Virus record (IMG/VR): IMGVR_UViG_3300028384_001376
Span: 815 to 64,814 of that record
Strand: one strand, 5' to 3'
DNA: 64,000 nt
Source: a virus
Shown: piece after piece, positions 1 through 9,949 of the stretch
Position numbering within the stretch: the first letter of the stretch is position 1
How the letters are laid out: every line of letters starts with the position of its first letter
Position numbers and translations under genes: made by a program
Notes under the pieces: model-generated
What the model was told of the DNA's origin: nothing
What the model saw: only the letters and a program-made list of their open reading frames with translations
Database searches by the model: none

Positions 1-189
1 AAGGACGCCACCGAGAAGATGCGCAACGACCTCCGCACCAAGGGCCGTGCTGCCGTATTGGGCAGCGGTCCCTCCGGCCAGATCGATCGGCAGGGAGCCG
101 CAGGCCAAGAGCTTGCCGACTCCAAGAAGTTTGGGGGGCAGTATGCTGTACTCGCCCGTCGAAGCGCCGCACGTCGAGCCCAGTAGTAG
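1..189 (+). CDS. partial CDS entering from upstream (C-terminal fragment); possible scaffolding or head-assembly protein
   Basis: Frame 1 is open from the window edge to TAG 187-189 with strong GC3 bias. Charged Gly-rich tail. Lies directly upstream of the putative capsid gene. Confidence 0.3.
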
Positions 190-221
190 TCATAGCGTAA
201 CCGTCCCCCAGAGGGGGACAC

Positions 222-1196
222 ATGACACTACCATTTGAAGAGCTTGAAGCGATCACCAACGATTACTTCATGCTCGACGGCGGCAAAGCCGTCGACATTT
301 ACTTCGACACGTCATTTTTACTTAATTATCTGCTCAAGCAGCAAAAGGGCCTGTGGGAACGTCCGCCCGGCGGCGAGAAGATCCGCGTGCCGCTCGAATA
401 CGACGGCCAGGAAGCCGAGTTTTACGCCCGTGGCGACACGGTCAACTCCGATGACCGCGAGTCCATCAATGCGGCCTATTTCGAGTGGAAGCACGCCTAC
501 GGCAACGCGACCATCTACCGCATCGATACGCTCAAAAACGCCGATGTCTATGCCCAGGTCCAGCTGGTGGCCCAGCGCGTGGGAGGCGCCCAAAAGTCGC
601 TGACCAAGCTGCTGGCCAGCTCGATCTACGACACACCGGGGGGCAACTCCAAGCGCCTGACCGGCTTTCGGGCCTGCTGCAACGAGACCACCACGCTGGC
701 CTATGGGGCGATCCAGGAGGCGGAGCTGGTGGCCGCCGACGGCACCACGCCCTGGGAAGGCAAGATGGAGGCCACCACCACCAACTTGACTCTCAACGAG
801 CTGCGCACCGGCGCCTCCAACGCCAAGATCCGCGACGGCAAGGGCGGCAAGCCGGATTTGGTGACCACCACCGAGACCAACTGGAACACCATCGCCGATA
901 TCCTGCAGGTCCAACAGAGGTTCGTAAACTCGGATCTGACGGCCAAGGCGGGCTTTACCGGGCTGCATTTCGAGGGCAAGGACATCTTCCCCGACGACTA
1001 CTGCCCGACCAGCCACCTGTTCGAGATCAACAGCAACCACATCGGTTTTGCCGTCCACGCCAACGGCAACTTTGTCCGCACCCGCTGGGCCATCATTCCC
1101 GACAGCCCCCAGGACAAGACGCTGAAGATCTTCTTCGACGGCAACATGGTGTGCAACAACCGCAAGGGCCATCAAGGCTACAGCGACATCAGCTAA
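222..1196 (+). CDS. putative major capsid protein (324 aa)
   Basis: First long ORF of a co-directional structural run, following a scaffold-like fragment. No enzymatic motifs. Assignment by position only. Confidence 0.35.
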   Translation: MTLPFEELEAITNDYFMLDGGKAVDIYFDTSFLLNYLLKQQKGLWERPPGGEKIRVPLEYDGQEAEFYARGDTVNSDDRESINAAYFEWKHAYGNATIYRIDTLKNADVYAQVQLVAQRVGGAQKSLTKLLASSIYDTPGGNSKRLTGFRACCNETTTLAYGAIQEAELVAADGTTPWEGKMEATTTNLTLNELRTGASNAKIRDGKGGKPDLVTTTETNWNTIADILQVQQRFVNSDLTAKAGFTGLHFEGKDIFPDDYCPTSHLFEINSNHIGFAVHANGNFVRTRWAIIPDSPQDKTLKIFFDGNMVCNNRKGHQGYSDIS

Positions 1197-1280
1197 CCGT
1201 TTCCTGACATCCGGCTCCACTTGAGCCTCCAGGAAGCGGAGCAGGAGTCGGTCAACTGCTTCCAGATTGGAGCATGATCC

Positions 1281-2018
1281 ATGACCAGACCATTGAAAAA
1301 AGCGGGTTTTTCCCAAGGCATCTACGCCATCAACGCCACCCAAAAAGAGGAGCTGGGCACCATGCGCATCCTCTCCGACGGGCGGATCTTTCGCTACGCC
1401 AAGGCTGGCGCGTCGGCCCTGGCCGCCGGCAAGATGGGCGTGGCACCGGCCATTGCCGCCGACGTGATGAACGAGGCCTGCGCCAATGCGCACGCCATCG
1501 GCGACTATGTCATCGAGGAGACCATCACCTCTGCGGCCGCCGACTATGCCGAAAACCACTTCCAGGGCGGCTATCTGCAGATCAACGACGCCACCGGCGA
1601 AGGCCATCAGTACAAGATCCAAAGCTCGACGGCTGTGGCCACCGGCGGCACCTCCATCTGCCTGACCTTAGAGGACCCGATCCGCGTGGCGCTGGTGGCC
1701 GCGACCAGCGAGTTCACCATCGCCAAGAGCCCGTGGCAGGGCGTGACCGAGTCCACCACCGAAGAGTCTTTGCCTGTGGGCATCGCCCCTCGGGTGGTCA
1801 CCGCCGCGTACTACTATTGGGCGCAGACCCATGGACCGGCCCTGGCCCTGGTGGCCGGCACCCCGGCCGTAGGCTCGATGCTGACCCTGTCATCGACCGC
1901 TGGTGCGCTGGCGGCGATCAACGCCACCTTGGACATCGACCAGCCGATCTGCGCCATCAGCTGGGGGACCGTCGGCGTGTCCGGCGAATACAAGCCGGTC
2001 TTTTTGAGGATAGATTAA
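1281..2018 (+). CDS. Ala-rich virion protein (245 aa); capsid or decoration candidate
   Basis: ATG 1281 with good GC3 bias. Followed immediately by a terminator-like hairpin, typical of a highly expressed head gene. Confidence 0.35.
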   Translation: MTRPLKKAGFSQGIYAINATQKEELGTMRILSDGRIFRYAKAGASALAAGKMGVAPAIAADVMNEACANAHAIGDYVIEETITSAAADYAENHFQGGYLQINDATGEGHQYKIQSSTAVATGGTSICLTLEDPIRVALVAATSEFTIAKSPWQGVTESTTEESLPVGIAPRVVTAAYYYWAQTHGPALALVAGTPAVGSMLTLSSTAGALAAINATLDIDQPICAISWGTVGVSGEYKPVFLRID

Positions 2019-2042
2019 CGGAATCTGGGCCGCACTCAGATA

Positions 2043-2066
2043 GGCCCGGAGCCGGGTTTTTCTCTC
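2043..2066 (+). terminator. rho-independent terminator-like hairpin
   Basis: GGCCCGG-AG-CCGGG stem followed by TTTTTCTCTCTTTCTT. Confidence 0.45.
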
Positions 2067-2107
2067 TTTCTTACCGGCACCGGGCCGTTACCCAAAGGAG
2101 GTTTTAC

Positions 2108-2371
2108 ATGGCTTTTTCATCCACTGTCACCGACAAGACCGTATTTGGCAACAAACGGCGCCATGCCGGCACATTTAGCTGCGCCAGCGTGGCCACTGGC
2201 GACATCGACACGGGCCTGCGCAGCTGCGAGTCCATCACCTTGACCCACAAGAGCTCTGCGGTGGTGACCAACTGTCCGGCGGTCGACGAGACCCTGCCCT
2301 GTGCGGGCTCGGCCGTGACCATCGTCACCGACTCCAGTGCCGCAGGCTACTGGGAGGCAACGGGGTACTAA
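2108..2371 (+). CDS. hypothetical small virion protein (87 aa)
   Basis: AAAGGAGG RBS 6 nt upstream of ATG 2108. Confidence 0.4.
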   Translation: MAFSSTVTDKTVFGNKRRHAGTFSCASVATGDIDTGLRSCESITLTHKSSAVVTNCPAVDETLPCAGSAVTIVTDSSAAGYWEATGY

Positions 2372-2374
2372 CCC

Positions 2375-3094
2375 ATGGCTACTCTCAGCAACCTAAAAAT
2401 CGCCGCCGAATCGAGCCTGTACCGCCACGACGGCCAGGATCTGGTGGACAAGGTGCGCCGCAAGGTCCAGGACGACAGCTACAGTGTGGACGACATCCTG
2501 GAGCTGTTCAACGCCTGCCTGGTGGAGTTGGCCGGCGAAGTGCTCCTCGAAGAGCTGGAGACCTGGGAGCAGGTCTCGACCGATACCAGCTCATCGACGG
2601 TGCCGCTGCCGGCCAACTACCACCGCGCCCTGCGCTTTTGCCACAGCATCACCAACAAGCGCCGGATACACGTCTACGGCGGCCGGGCCCAGCTCGACCG
2701 CCACTTTGTCCAGCGCGACCAAAGCGGCCGGGTGCTCGGCGTGGCCCCGCACGGGCGCAATTTGTACTACCAGCGCATCCCGCAGACGGCCGAGGTGCTG
2801 GAGATCAACTATTTTCGCTATCCCGAGCCGCTGCGCAGCCGCGACGACAAGCCCACCTGCCTGCCGCCGCACCTGGTCGAACCCTTGCTGGTCAACTACG
2901 CGGCCAAGGAGCTGTTCTCCGAGATCGAAGACGGCATCGAGGGCCCCCAGGTCAACACTGAGCGCTACACGGCCAAGTACGACAAGGCCCGCGCAGCGCT
3001 GGTGCGCTTTGTCGGACCCGAAGAGCGTGCCCCGGTGGAGCTGGTCGACGACCTGCACTGGGACAATCTGGCCTACGGCACAGCGGCCTGGTAG
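2375..3094 (+). CDS. hypothetical protein (239 aa); head-completion or adaptor candidate by position
   Basis: Tightly packed after the head genes. ATG 2375. Confidence 0.3.
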   Translation: MATLSNLKIAAESSLYRHDGQDLVDKVRRKVQDDSYSVDDILELFNACLVELAGEVLLEELETWEQVSTDTSSSTVPLPANYHRALRFCHSITNKRRIHVYGGRAQLDRHFVQRDQSGRVLGVAPHGRNLYYQRIPQTAEVLEINYFRYPEPLRSRDDKPTCLPPHLVEPLLVNYAAKELFSEIEDGIEGPQVNTERYTAKYDKARAALVRFVGPEERAPVELVDDLHWDNLAYGTAAW

Positions 3095-3109
3095 GAGGAG
3101 GAGGGCGCC

Positions 3110-4024
3110 ATGGCCGCACCGATCACCGTTTTTTCCGGCTCGACAGGGCTCAACACCAAGGTTGACCCCACACGGGTGCGCTTTGACCGCCAGGCCGGCA
3201 TCAGCGACCTGGCCGTGGCCTATAACGTCGACCACGACGCCTCCGGGCGCGTGTCGCGCCGCAAGGGTTATAGCGCCACGGCCGTGCTGGCCTCGGCCCA
3301 CAGCCTGTGGTCGGCCGCCGACACCGGCCCGTGCTTTTTCGTCACCGGCACCGATCTGTGCCGGCTGCACAGCGGCTACACCTACACGGCCATCGCCACG
3401 GTGACCGCCGGGGCAACGGTGCGCTACGCACCGCTGGCCGATGTGATCTGCTGGCTCAACGGCCATGAAAAGGGGCAGATACAATTCGGCACCAACAACA
3501 GCTGGGAGGTCGGCGCCTACTATGGGCCGACCACCCACCGCACCTTGAGCGACCCGCCCATCGGCCACCTGGTGGCCACCCATCGCGGGCGCATCTGGAT
3601 CGGCCAGGGATCGGTGGCCTGGTACTCCGAGCCATTTAGCGCTAACCAGTTCGACCTGGCACGCAACTTCGTGCCCTTTGGCACCCGGCTGCGCATGATC
3701 GCGCCCACCGGCCACGCCCTGTTCATCTCCGACGAAAACGGCACCTGGGCGCTGACCGGCGCCGTGCCCGACGACATGCTGCTCAACCAGGTGGCCAACT
3801 ACCCGGCCATCGAGGGCACCGAAGCGGCCATCGATTTGAGCCGCATCGGCGCAGGGGAGATGTTTGGCACCGGGGCCATCTGGACCTCGACCCGTGGGCT
3901 GTGCCTGGGCCTGCCCGACGGCACCATGCTCAACCTGACCGAAAAGAAGTTTGACCTGCCCACCGCAGCCGCCGGCGCTGGCGCCGTGGTGGGCGATCGT
4001 TATGTGGGATTACTGCAACCATAG
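3110..4024 (+). CDS. hypothetical structural protein (304 aa)
   Basis: GGAGGAGGAGGG RBS then ATG 3110. Confidence 0.4.
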   Translation: MAAPITVFSGSTGLNTKVDPTRVRFDRQAGISDLAVAYNVDHDASGRVSRRKGYSATAVLASAHSLWSAADTGPCFFVTGTDLCRLHSGYTYTAIATVTAGATVRYAPLADVICWLNGHEKGQIQFGTNNSWEVGAYYGPTTHRTLSDPPIGHLVATHRGRIWIGQGSVAWYSEPFSANQFDLARNFVPFGTRLRMIAPTGHALFISDENGTWALTGAVPDDMLLNQVANYPAIEGTEAAIDLSRIGAGEMFGTGAIWTSTRGLCLGLPDGTMLNLTEKKFDLPTAAAGAGAVVGDRYVGLLQP

Positions 4025-4041
4025 ACAAGGAGGACCAGCAC

Positions 4042-4911
4042 ATGGACAGCACCAACAACACTCGGATTTTGTACCTGGAGGCCTGCAAGCACGATTTTAG
4101 CGAGTTCATGCACACCCATCCGGGCTATTTTCGCCGGCCCAGCGACGGGCGCATCGACTTCAAGAAAAAGATGATGGAGGACGTGCCCTGGCTCTACGTC
4201 AAGGGCGGACGCAGTCAAAACTGTATTTTGTGGCACAAGATTATGTTCAATGTAATCCATAAGATGAACAAGGTGCCCATCCCCTGCCAGAATTGCTGGA
4301 AAGTGGTGATCATGCCGCGCAATTTGGAGGAGCTCATGGCCACCTGGATACTGCAGCAGGAGCTGGGCCGGCCGAGCAAGTGCGGCACCGAGGGCGAGCG
4401 CTCCAACACCGACCGGCTCTATGGCGGCTACTGGTACAACAACAGCCTGGACGAAGGGCTGGCGTGCTACGAGGCTGTTAAAAATCAGATGGCTGATCAT
4501 CGGACCTACCGGCGCGAGTTTCTCGGCGTGCCGCTGAGCTGCAGCTTCGGAAACAATTACCTGGAAGGCGATGTCGGCTTGTTTCCCCGTTTGATCCTAA
4601 AGCGCGGCTGCACCGAGATGGAGCAGCACTGCGGCCCGTCGGACCAGTGGGACTACGACGGCGTCCAGAAAGAGACCGAGGCGATTGCCACCGACGCCTT
4701 TGCCGCCGATATCGTCGGGCTGCACCAGAGCGAAAACCACATCGCCTCGATCTTAAAGACCTACATCCACAAGGCCTTTCAGTGGGGTGACCCGAGCTAC
4801 GTCAAGTTTACCAACGGCAACCGGCTGTTCGAGCCGCCGGTGACCTATCACGATAAAGATGAGGAGTTTTTAAACCAGGTCAGAAAGCGGACCTTCGAGC
4901 CCATGCGCTGA
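4042..4911 (+). CDS. Cys/His/Trp-rich hypothetical protein (289 aa)
   Basis: AAGGAGG RBS. Local GC dip at 4150-4330. Many CxxC and HxxxH pairs. No family recognised. Confidence 0.45.
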   Translation: MDSTNNTRILYLEACKHDFSEFMHTHPGYFRRPSDGRIDFKKKMMEDVPWLYVKGGRSQNCILWHKIMFNVIHKMNKVPIPCQNCWKVVIMPRNLEELMATWILQQELGRPSKCGTEGERSNTDRLYGGYWYNNSLDEGLACYEAVKNQMADHRTYRREFLGVPLSCSFGNNYLEGDVGLFPRLILKRGCTEMEQHCGPSDQWDYDGVQKETEAIATDAFAADIVGLHQSENHIASILKTYIHKAFQWGDPSYVKFTNGNRLFEPPVTYHDKDEEFLNQVRKRTFEPMR

Positions 4912-4933
4912 CCGCCAAAGGAGGAACCGAACC

Positions 4934-5356
4934 ATGGCCAAGAACGTACACAACGATGTGCTGGACCAGGCGCTGAGCTATCTGTCGACCAATGCCAACC
5001 GTCTGGTGGTGCTCACTGCCGAGCCTACCGGGGCCAGCGCCTACACCAACGCGCAGACCAACTACGACAGCAGCGGCTACCGGCTGGCCGAGGCGACCAT
5101 CAGCGCATCGGACTTTACCGGCCCGGCCGACGGCGACACCTCGGGCAGAAAGATCACGGTCAACGCCCAGAGCTCGATGAGCATCAACGGCGTGGCCAGC
5201 TCGGCTAATGCCACCCATGTGGGCCTGGTGCTCAATCATGCCAGCGCCAGCTCCCAGGCGGTGCTCTACACCACCACCTGCACCAGCCAGAGCCTGACCG
5301 GGGGCAACCAGGTCAACACGCCGGCGTGGGATATCGAGCTTCGTGATCCGACTTAA
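4934..5356 (+). CDS. Ser/Thr/Ala-rich virion protein (140 aa)
   Basis: AAAGGAGG RBS then ATG 4934. Confidence 0.4.
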   Translation: MAKNVHNDVLDQALSYLSTNANRLVVLTAEPTGASAYTNAQTNYDSSGYRLAEATISASDFTGPADGDTSGRKITVNAQSSMSINGVASSANATHVGLVLNHASASSQAVLYTTTCTSQSLTGGNQVNTPAWDIELRDPT

Positions 5357-5421
5357 TCTTGTGGGGATTTATGGGGAAAAATGGGGATTTTTTAGCTGAA
5401 AATTATGAATAGGAGACAATC

Positions 5422-5607
5422 ATGGCAAACTATGCCCTGACCCGGTACAACACCGGGCTCAAAGACACCGTGGACGAGGCCCTGGCGGCCCTGGAGACCC
5501 AGCTGGAGACCGTGGACTCAACGGCCAATCCCATCCGGGGCATGGGCATCGAGATGACCGGCCGCGACCAGCAGCAGTGCATCGGCTGGGTTATTTACGA
5601 CACCTAA
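5422..5607 (+). CDS. small hypothetical protein (61 aa)
   Basis: AGGAGA RBS then ATG 5422. Confidence 0.3.
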   Translation: MANYALTRYNTGLKDTVDEALAALETQLETVDSTANPIRGMGIEMTGRDQQQCIGWVIYDT

Positions 5608-5625
5608 CAGCGCAGCGGGGCAGCC

Positions 5626-6459
5626 ATGGCAGACTGGCCATTTAATATCGATAGTGCCCAGGTCAAGTGCTATCCGACCGGCGCGTCCACCTACAACACG
5701 CAGGTGCAAACCAACTCAAGCGCCAACACCAAGGGCAGTTGGACCGAGCTGGTGGCTTCAACGCCTTTTGATGGGTTTTTAGAGATCCTCATTAGCGCCC
5801 ACATACAACAGTATGATCACCTGTATGATGTTGCAATCGGCGCTGCCAGCTCCGAGCAGGCCATCATAGAAAATGTGCTATTTTCGTGTGCGAATACGGT
5901 TCAAACCAGGATAGTGCATAGGGTGATCCTTCCAGTCCTGGTTCCATCAGGCACCAGAATTTCGATGCGGGCGCAAAGCGCTTATTCGGGCACCACCAGT
6001 ATTTATGCGGCGGTGATGTGCCACCGTATCGGCAGCATGACAGGGGTGCAGCACTATACCAAGATCGACACCTATGGCGCTGACACGGCTGACTCGGGTG
6101 GCACGGCCATCGATCCGGGCGGCACTGCCAACACCAAGGGCAGCTACGTTCAGCTGACATCTTCTTTGGACCGTGACATCAAGGGGTTTTTTCTTTGTAT
6201 AGGATGCCGGCGTGAGTTGGTGCGTGCTAACGCTTATTGGAAGTACGATGTGGCCGTGGGGGCAGCATCGAGTGAAGAAGATATCGTTTCAGACAGCCCC
6301 ATGGCCGTTCATTCAAACAATGAATTGGTAAACCCGGTGATTTCGCCGATCTACTGGATCGCCGTGTCCTCGGGCACTCGCATGTCGATGAGGGCACAAT
6401 GCAGCCTTACCAATGTAGATGATCGGCAGTTTGACGCGATTTTGTACGCCATCAGCTAA
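5626..6459 (+). CDS. two-module repeat protein (277 aa); fibre or baseplate candidate
   Basis: Internal tandem duplication of an ~85-aa module (YDVA[IV]GAASSE...SGTR[IM]SMRAQ...) read in the translation. Confidence 0.45.
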   Translation: MADWPFNIDSAQVKCYPTGASTYNTQVQTNSSANTKGSWTELVASTPFDGFLEILISAHIQQYDHLYDVAIGAASSEQAIIENVLFSCANTVQTRIVHRVILPVLVPSGTRISMRAQSAYSGTTSIYAAVMCHRIGSMTGVQHYTKIDTYGADTADSGGTAIDPGGTANTKGSYVQLTSSLDRDIKGFFLCIGCRRELVRANAYWKYDVAVGAASSEEDIVSDSPMAVHSNNELVNPVISPIYWIAVSSGTRMSMRAQCSLTNVDDRQFDAILYAIS

Positions 6460-6473
6460 AGGGGGAAAGGGTT

Positions 6474-6803
6474 ATGGCAGTAACATCGGTTGGCAGCGGC
6501 TCCCAGACCGCAACGATTGACACCGAGCACACCCTGGATACCGAAACCACCGCCGGGGTCTATGTGCTGGTGGTGGACACGGCCAATTTGGCCGATGGCG
6601 ATGTGCTGATCCTGCGGCTCAAGACCAAGTACGCCAGCGGCGGCACCTCGCGGCTGGCCTTTGTGGCCACCTACGCCAACGCCCAGGTCGAGCCCAACAA
6701 ATATTCGCCGCCGGTCCCGGTGGACACCGAAATTGTGGCAACATTGGAGCAGACCGACGGCACCGGTCGGTCGTTTCCCTGGAATTTTTTAAAGGTGGGC
6801 TAA
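6474..6803 (+). CDS. hypothetical virion protein (109 aa)
   Basis: RBS then ATG 6474. Stop overlaps the next gene's start. Confidence 0.4.
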   Translation: MAVTSVGSGSQTATIDTEHTLDTETTAGVYVLVVDTANLADGDVLILRLKTKYASGGTSRLAFVATYANAQVEPNKYSPPVPVDTEIVATLEQTDGTGRSFPWNFLKVG

Positions 6804-8567
6804 GTGTCTATTCTCACTCGATATGGAGCTTTGCTTTATGGAGGCGGCGCACCTCCCACCGATCTGGAGGTGGCCGACGGCGATCACCTCCACGACGCCG
6901 ACAACATCGCCCTGGCCTCCGACGGCCCGTCGGATCGATGGCGTATCTATGTAGATGCCTTTAATGGCTCGACCAGCTACGGTCAAATTAGCGAAATTCA
7001 GCTGCGCATTTCCGTGTCAGGCGCCGATCAGTGTAGCGGTGGCACGCCATCGGCCTCCAGTGAACGCAACGCTTCCTATGCAGCCGACAAGGCGTTCGAC
7101 GACTCGCAATATAACATGTGGAACACCTCCTTTGGGCAGGTAACCAATCAGTGGGTCGAATATCAGTTCGCCTCGGTAAAGGATATCGTCGAGTACACCC
7201 TCCAGAGCAACACCTCCGGCTTTAGCACCTGGATGGCCAAGGATTTTCACCTGCAGTATTACAATGGAACCAGCTGGGTGACGGTGGACACCCGCACAGA
7301 CGAAACCGGCTGGGGACAATACGAGACCCGCACTTATACGGTCGGCGTATATGACCTTGCGGTCGCCGAGGCCGACCACCTGCATACAGCCGACAATGTG
7401 GTGGTGACCACGCCCACGCTTTTGGAGGTAGCCGCAGCCGACCACCTGCATGTGACCGACAACATCGCCCTGACCCAAGTTCACAACCTGTCCGTGGCCG
7501 CCAGCGATCACCTAAACGTGGCCGATAACATCGCTCTGACCCAGAATCACAGCCTGGCCGTGGCGGCCGCAGATCACCTGCACACGGCCGACGAGCTGAC
7601 CATTGTCACCTTTATCGGCTTGACCATCTCCGAGCCGGTTCATCTGCATACAGCCGACAGCGTGACCTTGACCCAGCACCATATTCTTACGGTCCTGGAG
7701 TGTTATCATGTCCATGCGCCGCCGAACCTTGCCCTGATTCTGCCGCTTTCTGTTCAAGAAAGCGCTCATTTGCATGATGCCGATAGCCTGGCCCTATCCC
7801 AACAACACGAATTATCCGATTTATCAGCCGATCATCTCCACGTTTCCGATCCAATTTCGCTGACCCAGGCGCATACCTTACAGGTGGCCGCCGCAGACCA
7901 CCCGAGCTGGTCCTCCGTGGTCGCGGTGACCCAGCGCCATGCGCTTGCGGTCGGCGATTCAAACCACTTGCATCTTGCCGATGCCCTGTCGCTGAGCATA
8001 TACCTGACAGGCCTCGACGCCTACCACGACCTGGCATCGCCCCAGCTCAATGTTTACTCCGCCTTTGAGCTATTAGTGGCCGAAGCGGCCCACGACCTGG
8101 CCAGCGACGCCCTGAGCTTGGCGCTGACACCTTCCGTTCAGCCGGCCGACCACCTGCATTTTGTCGACCTCATCGATTTGACCGGCACCCATAACCTGGC
8201 CGTGGACGACAGCGCCCACTACCACGAAGGGGAAAAGCCGGACATCTATATGGTTGGCGATCTGCCGTTGCAATCGGCGGTCCAGCAGACGGCCAGCGAC
8301 AACATCGACCTGGGCGGCTCACACTATCTGGCGGTGGCCGACAGCGCCCATGCCACCACGGCCGACGAAGCCCTGACCATCACCCAGGGCCATCGCCTGG
8401 ATATGGATGCTGGCTATGGGCACAGCCACCACATCCACAGCGCCGACAACATCGAATTTGCGGCTCTGCCCGACGTCGAGGGGGTGCCCGTGATGGCCAG
8501 CTTGACCATCCAGCGCAGCTTCTGGCCCAGCAGCACGGTCTATACCATCGAAAGGAGTGTGGCATAG
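6804..8567 (+). CDS. tail fibre / receptor-binding protein (587 aa): discoidin-like domain plus ~15 tandem 22-aa repeats
   Basis: GTG start after an AAAGGTGGG RBS. The N-terminal region resembles an F5/8 type C (discoidin) fold (NMWNTS...QWVEYQF). A 66-nt tandem repeat encodes A(A)DHLHxADNIALTQxHxLxVA about 15 times. Confidence 0.55.
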   Translation: MSILTRYGALLYGGGAPPTDLEVADGDHLHDADNIALASDGPSDRWRIYVDAFNGSTSYGQISEIQLRISVSGADQCSGGTPSASSERNASYAADKAFDDSQYNMWNTSFGQVTNQWVEYQFASVKDIVEYTLQSNTSGFSTWMAKDFHLQYYNGTSWVTVDTRTDETGWGQYETRTYTVGVYDLAVAEADHLHTADNVVVTTPTLLEVAAADHLHVTDNIALTQVHNLSVAASDHLNVADNIALTQNHSLAVAAADHLHTADELTIVTFIGLTISEPVHLHTADSVTLTQHHILTVLECYHVHAPPNLALILPLSVQESAHLHDADSLALSQQHELSDLSADHLHVSDPISLTQAHTLQVAAADHPSWSSVVAVTQRHALAVGDSNHLHLADALSLSIYLTGLDAYHDLASPQLNVYSAFELLVAEAAHDLASDALSLALTPSVQPADHLHFVDLIDLTGTHNLAVDDSAHYHEGEKPDIYMVGDLPLQSAVQQTASDNIDLGGSHYLAVADSAHATTADEALTITQGHRLDMDAGYGHSHHIHSADNIEFAALPDVEGVPVMASLTIQRSFWPSSTVYTIERSVA

Positions 8568-9084
8568 CATGTCTGTCAAGATCAGAGATGTCACCATGAC
8601 CCGGCCGTCCGACGATATCACTATTGAGGCCGGCCACAGCTTTGTCATGGGGGGCCAGATCGTCACCCATGGCGGCGGCCCCTTCTGGAAAGAATCCGGC
8701 GACATGTACTTTGAGTGGGACCAGGGCAACGGCGCCTGGGTCCCCATCGACACCAGCGGCGATCTATATCACGTCACTGACAACCCGGTTGCCGGGCTAC
8801 AAACCAGTGAAGAGCAGACCATCGATATATATTCGGATGCTATGGCCGATGGCACATATCAATTACGAGTCAAGATTGTCGAAGATGATGGCACCACCGA
8901 GCATATCAGCACGGTCCATACCGTCACGGTCACCAGCAGGGCACAGCTTGAGCTACATGATTGTGTCCATATGCACCTGGGCCAAAACATAACGCTGGCC
9001 CAGGCCAGGGCCGTCAACGCGCTGCCCGCTTATGGCCACGACCTTCATCCTGTTCGCGGACGCAAACGATCACGGAGAGCATGA
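8557..9084 (+). CDS. hypothetical protein (175 aa; alternative ATG at 8569)
   Basis: ORF overlapping the fibre gene's stop, in the structural run. Confidence 0.4.
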   Translation: MWHSMSVKIRDVTMTRPSDDITIEAGHSFVMGGQIVTHGGGPFWKESGDMYFEWDQGNGAWVPIDTSGDLYHVTDNPVAGLQTSEEQTIDIYSDAMADGTYQLRVKIVEDDGTTEHISTVHTVTVTSRAQLELHDCVHMHLGQNITLAQARAVNALPAYGHDLHPVRGRKRSRRA

Positions 9085-9115
9085 GCCCGCGACCATGAAA
9101 TAGGGGAGAATTTCA

Positions 9116-9421
9116 ATGATCACCGAAACCGTGTACCGCAACCGCGACAACATCATCTCGTTGGAACTGCGTGCCAACGGCGAGGCCCAGGATATCACCG
9201 GCACCACGCGCATGACGCTGGCCATCGGCGACAAGACCATCGACTCTAACTTGGCCTCGGGCGTGTTCGACTGGACCACCAACGGCGCCGGCGGCCAGCT
9301 GGACCTGACCCTGGGCCACCAGGGCCTGGAAAAGGGCACCTACACGGCAACATTGACCATCTTTGACCTGACCTACCCCAACGGCCTGTGCTGGGGCGAT
9401 TTCGTGGTCAAGGTGCGATAG
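9116..9421 (+). CDS. hypothetical protein (101 aa)
   Basis: GGGGAGA RBS then ATG 9116. Confidence 0.4.
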   Translation: MITETVYRNRDNIISLELRANGEAQDITGTTRMTLAIGDKTIDSNLASGVFDWTTNGAGGQLDLTLGHQGLEKGTYTATLTIFDLTYPNGLCWGDFVVKVR

Positions 9422-9430
9422 GAGGCCAAA

Positions 9431-9931
9431 ATGACCGACTATTTAGGTATTTGCTATCATCTGGAGGGAAAACAGGCCAGCCAGTACGCCAACTTCAACT
9501 TCAACTCCATGTGCCGCTTCAACGGGGTGGACTTAGGGGCCAACGAAAACGGCATCTTTGTCCTCGACGACGGCGATTTCGACTACTCCGATGCGAGCAC
9601 CTACGAGCAGATCGACGCCTTTGTCGAGCTGCCCACCAGCGACTGGGGCATCGAAAACCAGAAGCGCATCCGCAGCGCCCACCTGGGCATCGAGACCAAC
9701 GGCGAGCTTTTGCTCACGTTGACCGACGATGAGGGCGTGGACCACCGCTACGACGTGGTGCCTGACTTTGTCGCTCACAAGCAGCACAGCGTGCGCATCA
9801 CAGCCGGGCGCAACAATGGCAAGGGCCGCTACTGGCGGGTGCGTCTGGACAATATCAACGGGGCCGACTTTAGCCTCAACAACCTGCGCGTCTATCCGGT
9901 CGTGCTGGGCGTGCGGCCGGCCCGCAGCTAA
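9431..9931 (+). CDS. hypothetical protein (166 aa)
   Basis: TAGGAGG RBS then ATG 9431. Confidence 0.4.
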   Translation: MTDYLGICYHLEGKQASQYANFNFNSMCRFNGVDLGANENGIFVLDDGDFDYSDASTYEQIDAFVELPTSDWGIENQKRIRSAHLGIETNGELLLTLTDDEGVDHRYDVVPDFVAHKQHSVRITAGRNNGKGRYWRVRLDNINGADFSLNNLRVYPVVLGVRPARS

Positions 9932-9949
9932 AAAAAAGGAGTATTGGTC

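Noticed and set aside
318-1622. 434-aa minus-strand ORF overlapping the putative capsid gene
   Set aside because: Antisense ORFs of this length are expected at about 60% GC. The plus-strand genes have RBSs, operon packing and GC3 bias. The minus ORF translation is Gly/Ala/Val/Arg-rich and low-complexity.
2591-3715. 374-aa minus-strand ORF, and the alternative plus-frame ORFs 2484-3404 and 1274-2371
   Set aside because: They overlap consecutive RBS-bearing plus-strand genes. The translations are Arg/Pro/Ala-rich and repetitive (off-frame GC-rich codons).
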